A stretch of 6,773 nt of DNA from Minisyncoccota bacterium (GTDB lineage: Bacteria > Patescibacteriota > Minisyncoccia > Phycocordibacterales > UBA1550), in contig JAVHQE010000159.1 of NCBI GenBank assembly GCA_036170975.1, positions 1-6,773 on the forward strand, in the 5' to 3' direction. Of the stretch, positions 1 through 5,393 are shown piece by piece; within the stretch, counting starts at the first letter, position 1; every line of letters begins with the position of its first letter. Below the pieces are notes generated by a model that did not search any database, was not told the DNA's origin, and worked only from the letters and a program-made list of their open reading frames with translations. The translations under genes and the position numbers were made by a program.

Positions 1-10
1 AAGGCTTATC

Positions 11-55
11 TGGTGGGAACTGAGGGGGTCGAACCCTCGACAAACGGATTAAGAG
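11..55 (-). tRNA. 3'-terminal 45-nt fragment of a tRNA gene (anticodon loop through CCA; anticodon CTT = Lys if the loop is read canonically). The 5' half is absent, so this is a putative att repeat at an island boundary.
   Basis: The reverse complement reads CTCTTAA-TCCGT-TTGTC-GAGGG-TTCGACC-CCCTC-AGTTCCC-A-CCA. These segments are the anticodon loop, 3' anticodon stem, 5-nt variable loop, T stem / TTCGANN loop / T stem, 3' acceptor strand, discriminator and CCA. The required 5' partner of the anticodon stem (ACGGA) is replaced by TTCTT (window 56-60). The next ~40 nt are AT-rich with no D-arm or acceptor strand. Confidence 0.75.
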
Positions 56-100
56 AAGAAAAATAAAGAAATAAGTCAATTAAATCAATAACTTATTTTT

Positions 101-144
101 AGTGCGTATCAAAGTGCGTAGTGTAGTGCGCTGCGACTGTGCGT
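101..144 (+). repeat. Cluster of short direct repeats: AGTGCGTA x2, AGTGCG and TGTGCGT, giving four GTGCG cores in 44 bp
   Basis: Read directly: AGTGCGTA at 101-108 and 113-120, AGTGCG at 125-130, TGTGCGT at 138-144. The cluster lies about 45 bp inside the att-like tRNA fragment, in non-coding DNA. Confidence 0.4.
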
Positions 145-208
145 TTTGCGCTGCCAATTTTGCCAGGTGTTAGTCTCATCAATCAAATCATTTTCAAACG
201 CGTGAGCA

Positions 209-225
209 ACGGATTCAGTATCCGT
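209..225. promoter_or_regulatory. Palindrome ACGGAT-TCAGT-ATCCGT. Its ACGGA/TCCGT arms equal the predicted anticodon stem of the truncated tRNA.
   Basis: Both 6-nt arms were verified as reverse complements. AACGGATT (208-215) is also a direct copy of AACGGATT inside the tRNA fragment (43-50). Confidence 0.3.
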
Positions 226-269
226 AAGTCTGTAATTTTGCGTTGCCAGCAATTGTCACAGCACGCACA

Positions 270-545
270 TTAAACGCTGGCGCTGAGCGTAGTGCTCGCA
301 GGCAACTGTATTTTTTTCTTCCGCTCTGCCTCACGCTGTTGCCGTTGTCTGTCACGCTCTGCCTGCAGCGTGTCGCGTGCGCGTTCAGCATTCTGCTGTA
401 GCCCTTTAATGCGTGACTGCTCTGGCGTTGGCGGCTTGGGTGTTGTTTGTATTTCGTGTAAGCGCATCAAGTATTTATGCGCCCGCTGTCTCCAGTTTTC
501 AGTACATGTGTAAGAGTAGCAGCGACATTCATTGCAAACCATCAC
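270..545 (-). CDS. Hypothetical small protein (90-91 aa) with a Cys-rich N-terminus and a highly charged, coiled-coil-like R/Q/E-rich C-terminal half
   Basis: The open frame comes from the ORF track. It has a GTG at 545 followed by an ATG at 542 and no convincing Shine-Dalgarno. The charged ERDRQRQQREAERKKK tract looks protein-like, but support is compositional only. Confidence 0.4.
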   Translation of the reverse strand: MMVCNECRCYSYTCTENWRQRAHKYLMRLHEIQTTPKPPTPEQSRIKGLQQNAERARDTLQAERDRQRQQREAERKKKIQLPASTTLSASV

Positions 546-774
546 TAATGCAGAGTGTTTTGCATCTTGCTATCTCACAAAGCAACCGCTGGTCAATGGC
601 ACGTTTTCCAAAAATCGTAACCGCAAATTTATTATTGAGCGTCTTTGAGTTGCTTTTTCGCATCATTCGCCTACACGACGCATCAACAAATAGCAATTTA
701 CTTCAATTCTGAACATCTAACTCAACTCATCGTACAAATCTTTGATAAAGTCGCTATTTTGTAAAGGGATAAAA

Positions 775-1779
775 ATGCTCGCTGATTTCAAGTATATAAC
801 TATTAATTCCAATGCTGCCCTAGTCGAGAAATTTATACTTGAGGCCATTTTAATTCCAAGACTTAAAGTTATCGAATGGTCAAAAATAACAAAACAAACG
901 CCAGGTTTAAAAATTGGATATCCTGCCCAACATATTGCCTCATTACTAACAGGTGTGGAAGGAAAGCGCACTGCTGCCAGAGGAGATGACCTGGCTGATG
1001 GATCTGAAGTCAAAGGGTGCAATCGACTTGATCAATTAGATACATGCGGCAATTGTGGCAACAAAGTATTACGCAGTGAGTCTACGTGTAGTGATTGCAA
1101 TTCAGATGATATCCAACGAAAAGATGATTCTAAATGGCTTTTAACTATCAAGCACGAAGATGAGTTACTTTTATATACAAAGACAATTGATAGGATAATA
1201 TTTATATTGCTTGATTACCCAAATTTTGAAAGAAATGACTTTGATACATTAAGCATTAAAGCATTTGAAATATGGCCTAAATTTAACCAAACATTTTGTC
1301 AATTGGTGAGCGATTACTACAATGAAATATATCTAAAACACATTGAAATGGATCCAAAAAAGACACCAGCACCTAAGAATTTTTGGCCGTATAGTTTCCA
1401 GTTTTACAAATGCAAGCCAATTAAAACTTACGAATGCCTAATAAAAAATATAAACACATCACCCGTACTTACGACATTGAGATTTACGGACCCACGTATC
1501 GATAGAAGCACGATAGTTCCCGAAAATGTGCCAACTCAGATTTTAACGATGGATGAACTTGACTTAGTATTTTCTTGCAATGGCAATGCTTTGGCAAATT
1601 TAAATCCAATGGCCAATAAATTTTGGTCACAAATGAAACCAAGCGATAAGAGCAACAGGGAAAACAAACAAGCATTATATTCAATGCTGCCGACATTGCC
1701 TTGTGATTTCATTGATTGTTTGAATCTTAGGGATACTTCAAAGGCAGCGCCACATGCTAAGAGATATATTCGCAGATGA
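775..1779 (+). CDS. Putative Type II restriction endonuclease with a PD-(D/E)XK-type core (D82-x6-E89-V-K91, ORF-track numbering) followed by an inserted CxxC-x10-CxxC zinc ribbon
   Basis: The ORF track starts at a TTG (742). The ATG at 775 is preceded by AAGGGA with 5-nt spacing, so 775 is preferred. The motif GDDLADGSEVK (982-1014) has the same D-x6-E-x-K spacing as MutH D70/E77/K79. CGNCGNKVLRSESTCSDC lies at 1045-1098. The gene is convergent with, and overlaps, a DNA methyltransferase gene and shares its AT-rich composition. Confidence 0.65.
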   Translation: MLADFKYITINSNAALVEKFILEAILIPRLKVIEWSKITKQTPGLKIGYPAQHIASLLTGVEGKRTAARGDDLADGSEVKGCNRLDQLDTCGNCGNKVLRSESTCSDCNSDDIQRKDDSKWLLTIKHEDELLLYTKTIDRIIFILLDYPNFERNDFDTLSIKAFEIWPKFNQTFCQLVSDYYNEIYLKHIEMDPKKTPAPKNFWPYSFQFYKCKPIKTYECLIKNINTSPVLTTLRFTDPRIDRSTIVPENVPTQILTMDELDLVFSCNGNALANLNPMANKFWSQMKPSDKSNRENKQALYSMLPTLPCDFIDCLNLRDTSKAAPHAKRYIRR

Positions 1780-2674
1780 TTCCCATATCAAGCATCCTAT
1801 TTTTTGAGGCTTTTGAATAGATTTCATCAACCTCAAAAAGCACTGCACTACGCTGATTGTTAGTTGCAACAATTCCAGTTACACCACTGCCAGCAAATGG
1901 GTCAAGTATCCGATCTCCTTTGTTAGTCGTCGATAAAACTAGGCGCTCAATCAGCTTGTATGGCTTTTCTGTTGGGTGTATTCTATTATTCGAATAAAAC
2001 TCAATATCTGTCCAAACATCACTTAAGCCCATAATTGGATGGAATGTTTGTGCATATTCATAAAAGTCTACATCCATATCTAAGACAGTCATCAACTTAG
2101 TCCAAGTGGCCTTCGTCGGAAATTGTTCACACATATTCTTACCTGTGTAAATCGACCACATACCGCCACCGTTGGATTTAACTCCAAGTTTTTCGTTAAT
2201 TTCTTTAGAGTTTAACCCCAGCTCTAATGCGCGATTCTTTAAAAGTGGTTTAATTATTTTTCTGTTATCTTTGATAAAAAATAAAATACTTTCTGTGACT
2301 GTTGGGAACATCTTGTATGTCGAAGTCTTCCTACCAGCAACTGACTTAAGTCCCTTGTCAATTATTATTTGCTGTCTAAACGCAAGCCCATGCCTTTCCG
2401 CAAGATCTAAAAAAGCTGCTAAATTTCTAAAATAGCCAAATAGAAATAATGAGCCACCATAACGCAATTTTTTAGCAGCAATTTCCAACCAATCCTCTGA
2501 CCACTTCATATATTCGTCAAAGGTGCTCCATTTGTAATCCCATGTTTCATTAATTACTTTGAAATATGGAGGATCAGCAACAACTAAGTCCACTGATAAA
2601 TCACTTACTCTTTCGCTGGAAATCTTCAGAAAATCATCATTGATGATTGTGATTTTGTCAATATTTTTTTTCAT
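1757..2674 (-). CDS. Beta-class amino DNA methyltransferase, most likely N6-adenine (N4-cytosine not excluded); the modification subunit of a Type II R-M system
   Basis: Motif IV VVADPPY is near the N-terminus (DPPY = 2564-2575, verified as GAT CCT CCA TAT). Motif I LDPFAGSGVTG is near the C-terminus (FAGSG = 1883-1897). The IV -> TRD -> I order defines the beta group. The ORF is 305 aa. Confidence 0.93.
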   Translation of the reverse strand: MKKNIDKITIINDDFLKISSERVSDLSVDLVVADPPYFKVINETWDYKWSTFDEYMKWSEDWLEIAAKKLRYGGSLFLFGYFRNLAAFLDLAERHGLAFRQQIIIDKGLKSVAGRKTSTYKMFPTVTESILFFIKDNRKIIKPLLKNRALELGLNSKEINEKLGVKSNGGGMWSIYTGKNMCEQFPTKATWTKLMTVLDMDVDFYEYAQTFHPIMGLSDVWTDIEFYSNNRIHPTEKPYKLIERLVLSTTNKGDRILDPFAGSGVTGIVATNNQRSAVLFEVDEIYSKASKNRMLDMGIICEYIS

Positions 2675-2698
2675 GTAAAAAAATCAGTTAATTATCTA

Positions 2699-2704
2699 AT
2701 TATA
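2699..2704 (-). promoter_or_regulatory. Candidate -10 box (perfect TATAAT on the minus strand) for the methyltransferase gene
   Basis: Window ATTATA at 2699-2704 is TATAAT on the minus strand, 24 nt upstream of the ATG at 2674 and immediately preceded by TG. The -35 is weak (AATAAG at 17-bp spacing) and there is no clear SD. Confidence 0.3.
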
Positions 2705-2873
2705 CAGCATCGGGGTAGTACCTTATTCTGCGGTTTTTGATCGGAAATATATCTATCCAATAATTTCACCTTTGAATGAAGGGTTGTTTTATTAAATAAC
2801 TGTTAAGCATTCTTAGTCGCAGTCAAACTATTTACTCTCTTGTACTGGTCTTAATGCAACGTACGATTGTGCA

Positions 2874-3143
2874 TCAGTATTCCCGCGCCAGCAACAGCGT
2901 CGTCACACTTCTGTCCCACTCCGTAATCACATAGAACTTTTCACCGTGTAGCACATACGCACTCAAAATCCGTTCGTCGTGCTGTATTGCGTGAACATTG
3001 GCAGCAACATCGTTCGCTTCCAAGTCACCCCAGTCACCGCCAGTGTGCCTACCAAGTAGCAGCAACGGATTGATGCTGTAGCGCTCGCAGTGAGCAAGTG
3101 CTGCTGGTGTCGCAACCACTTGCCCTAATTTGAACAATCCCAT
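2874..3143 (-). CDS. Small conserved-looking protein (89-90 aa) with an H-T-G-G-D-W-G-D motif and a C-terminal ITEWDRSVTTLLLAREY; function unknown
   Basis: The ATG at 3143 (GTG at 3146) lies 2-5 nt after the TAA (3149-3151) of the upstream gene, suggesting translational coupling. HTGGDWGD was verified at 3024-3047. From memory this resembles a family of ~90-100-aa proteins found on plasmids and ICEs; this was not verified by search. Confidence 0.8.
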   Translation of the reverse strand: MGLFKLGQVVATPAALAHCERYSINPLLLLGRHTGGDWGDLEANDVAANVHAIQHDERILSAYVLHGEKFYVITEWDRSVTTLLLAREY

Positions 3144-3148
3144 CACGC

Positions 3149-3595
3149 TTACTTGCCAAAGCCGCTACGCAACTTGGCGCTGGCAGCCGCAATTGCTTCA
3201 TCAAGTTCACCAGCGCCAGCAGCCGCTTTGATGATGCCAAGCGTTTTGAGCAAATCGCTGGCGCTGGCAACCTCAATCGCATTCCTGCCCTTCACCAATT
3301 CCAGCACCTTCGCACCATAACGCACTGTCAACGCAATCTTGCCGCTGTCAGTCGTAAACCACCACTGTTTCAAACGCTTGGCAGTTTCAATGCTGCGCTG
3401 TTCGCCGCTTTCTGCGTCCATTACCAGTTTCAGTTTTGTAGGTGCGTAAGTGCGTCCCTCTGCCAATGCAGTTGCCAAAGCAATCTGTTCATCAATGCGT
3501 CCAATCAATTTTTGGCGGCGATTTTGAACAGGTGACAGTTGAGTGGGCTTCTTTGCTGTTGTGAACTTCAGCGATGCCAGTGTGCTGGTAGCCAT
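3149..3595 (-). CDS. 148-aa protein of unknown function, with a basic N-terminus, a KRLKQWWF...YGAKVLEL core and an Ala-rich C-terminal helix
   Basis: There is a strong SD (AAAGGAAA, AGGA 6 nt from the ATG at 3595). Composition is protein-like and the gene is tightly linked to the downstream 90-aa gene. From memory it resembles a DUF-type family seen in proteobacterial genomic islands; this was not verified. Confidence 0.82.
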   Translation of the reverse strand: MATSTLASLKFTTAKKPTQLSPVQNRRQKLIGRIDEQIALATALAEGRTYAPTKLKLVMDAESGEQRSIETAKRLKQWWFTTDSGKIALTVRYGAKVLELVKGRNAIEVASASDLLKTLGIIKAAAGAGELDEAIAAASAKLRSGFGK

Positions 3596-3695
3596 GTGCT
3601 TTCCTTTCAGTGTTTGTTAAAGCACAGCCAAGTCTGGCACCTTCAATCAATAAGTCGACCAATACCCCGTAGAAAAGACCGTGTATTGCCTGTCA

Positions 3696-5393
3696 TCATC
3701 CCCAAGTCTCTGTCGTGTCAATCTCGTATGGCTGCGTGCTGCTGGCAATCAAACCAGTGTCTTGTGCGAACTGCCGCCACGCCGCCATTTCTCGCTGCTG
3801 GCGCGTGTAGTCTGACTCTGCCAAATTGACTTGAGAACAGAACTTCGACGCATAGTGTCTGGCAGCCAATTCCTCCTTCGCAATCGAGTTCGCGTGCTCA
3901 TTCTCAAAAGCAAGTTGTTCCTCAAATCGTTTGTCAAACTGCTCGCTGTCAGCAATGGGGTAAATCTTTTCGTGCTCAAAACGCAGGTAGGGGAATGACT
4001 GCTGTAGCTTGACTGTAATGTCCAGCACCAAATAGTTTGGCAGTTTCTGTTTGAAATAGATACAGTCGTGCGTGGTCAGCAGCGGCTCTTGCCCTGCCAG
4101 GTCTGCGAACTGTGTCATCGCCATAAATTCCAGTGCTTGATAAATCCACGCCAACTTTTGCCGCTTGTTTCGCTTTTTGCCTGTCTTTGGGTCTGTGGCG
4201 TTGTAAGCGAATCCGTTGATTTCAAAATCGTCGCTTGCAAACGCATTGAGAAGGGTAGCGTTGATGTGAGTCAGGTTGTCATAAATTTCCGCAAAAGTTA
4301 GGTTGGAAACTAAACGCAGAAACTCGCTCTCCCCCAAGTTGTTCCAGACATCCTTGTCCAGCCAAACACTGCTGTCGTGCTGTTGCCGCGCTGCCTTAGC
4401 CAAAGCGCTGCGAATGCTGCTGTGACAGTTATTTTTGATCTCCGCACCAAAGCCAAGGGATGTAAAGATTGTTTTTACCGCATCCACTGTAATGCCAACA
4501 TCTCGCGCAATGCGGTTGCGTATTTTTTCCCTGTTCTTGATATAGTCCAGCACCGCACCATTTTTGAGTGCGGGGTCGATCTGGTGTGCCAGTCCCGCCA
4601 TCATCGCAAACGCACAGGCTTGGAAGTCATATTTGTGGCAAACACCCAGTGCCGCGTGTCGCACTTCTTTGGGCATACGCTGCAAACTGTAGCCTTGTCC
4701 GTATATGCGTCCGCAATCGCTCATCTCCCAGCGTTCACGCACATAGGCTGATGCGGGGTGTTCAGCATCAGCCGCGTGCGTCATCATCAGCAGTTGCCTT
4801 GCCGCTGCCAAGTTCTTCAGCAACTTCGCCTTGTAAGCGCGCCCCTTGTTTGCGGTGCAAATCGTCTCTTGCGTCTTTTTAATAAAGCCACGCAGCGATG
4901 CCTCGTCAACATTCACCGCGTAGTTCGCAGTCTTCTCTATTTCGTCCAGTAGCGTCTGGTTTTTCACCAGCCTCAAGTTCATCAACTCATCAATCATCAA
5001 GTCCTCGTAAATGGGGTTCAGCCGCATAACGCTCAACTTGCTCACCCCGTCTTTGCTAAAGCCCTTTCTTACCTCCAGCAGCAAACTGGTCGCCGTGTTT
5101 TGTGACATCAGGTTGTAAACATAGCGTTGCGGCTTGCCAATGCGACCCGCTTCCAGCGTTGCTGCGTATTGCGAGAACGCAAACTGGTCATCTGCCATGC
5201 CGTCGTCTTTGACATTGTTTGCCAGCACCCGCATAAATTCACGCAACACCACCTCTGTGTAGTTATTTACACAGCGGTCATAAAGGTAATCTTTTTTGAT
5301 TTCTGGTTGGGCTTTTACCAGTTCTGTCCGCAGTTTTTGCCGTAATTCACTGCTTTGCCCAATTTTTGTCACTGTCTTATTCATTTTTTTCAT
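3696..5393 (-). CDS. Divergent family-A (Pol I/T7-like right-hand) nucleotide polymerase-like protein of ~565 aa, with no recognisable exonuclease domain
   Basis: Motifs appear in canonical order (ORF-track numbering from 5447): SDCGR247-IYGQGYSLQRMPK, motif A YD274FQACAFAMMAGLAH, motif B K325TIFTSLGF333G, and motif C TTH460D461C. Codons for R247 (4707-4709), D274 (4626-4628), K325 (4473-4475) and D461 (4065-4067) were verified. Spacing is close to Klenow. The start is set at M19 (ATG 5393) because residues 1-18 derive from AT-rich upstream DNA; 5447 and 5384 are alternatives. The gene ends with a double stop, TGA TGA. Confidence 0.8.
   Translation of the reverse strand: MKKMNKTVTKIGQSSELRQKLRTELVKAQPEIKKDYLYDRCVNNYTEVVLREFMRVLANNVKDDGMADDQFAFSQYAATLEAGRIGKPQRYVYNLMSQNTATSLLLEVRKGFSKDGVSKLSVMRLNPIYEDLMIDELMNLRLVKNQTLLDEIEKTANYAVNVDEASLRGFIKKTQETICTANKGRAYKAKLLKNLAAARQLLMMTHAADAEHPASAYVRERWEMSDCGRIYGQGYSLQRMPKEVRHAALGVCHKYDFQACAFAMMAGLAHQIDPALKNGAVLDYIKNREKIRNRIARDVGITVDAVKTIFTSLGFGAEIKNNCHSSIRSALAKAARQQHDSSVWLDKDVWNNLGESEFLRLVSNLTFAEIYDNLTHINATLLNAFASDDFEINGFAYNATDPKTGKKRNKRQKLAWIYQALEFMAMTQFADLAGQEPLLTTHDCIYFKQKLPNYLVLDITVKLQQSFPYLRFEHEKIYPIADSEQFDKRFEEQLAFENEHANSIAKEELAARHYASKFCSQVNLAESDYTRQQREMAAWRQFAQDTGLIASSTQPYEIDTTETWG

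Larger units (their letters stand above)
690..2873. other. Compositionally distinct AT-rich cassette carrying the R-M gene pair (boundaries approximate)
   Basis: Hand-counted 60-nt lines inside the cassette give about 27% G+C (lines starting at 1141 and 2221), although the line at 961 reaches about 57%. A flanking-gene line (4561) gives about 58%. The change is abrupt at the stop codon of the 90-aa gene (2874). Confidence 0.6.

Noticed and set aside
292-712. Plus-strand ORFs 292-513 and 413-712
   Set aside because: They give Cys/Arg/Ser-rich translations, have no SD, and lie antisense to the more protein-like minus-strand frame. Neither is convincing.
742-774. TTG start (742) for the endonuclease gene as given in the ORF track
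   Set aside because: There is no SD before the TTG, whereas the in-frame ATG at 775 has AAGGGA at ideal spacing. The 11 extra residues are probably not translated.
717-2435. ORFs 717-1022 (-), 1484-1696 (-) and 2172-2435 (+) within the R and M genes
   Set aside because: They are antisense to genes with clear catalytic motifs and are typical AT-rich shadow ORFs without an RBS.
3049-3979. ORFs 3049-3282 (-), 3539-3829 (+) and 3749-3979 (-)
   Set aside because: These are out-of-frame or antisense overlaps of the 90-aa, 148-aa and polymerase-like CDSs. Their products are Arg/Ser/Cys-rich, and the overlapped genes have better starts and composition.
4068-5345. Plus-strand ORFs inside the polymerase-like gene (4068-4301, 4377-4751, 4568-4882, 4758-4952, 5127-5345)
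   Set aside because: All are antisense shadow frames of a long CDS that contains conserved motifs. Their products are Cys/Arg/Leu-rich and have no start-site support.
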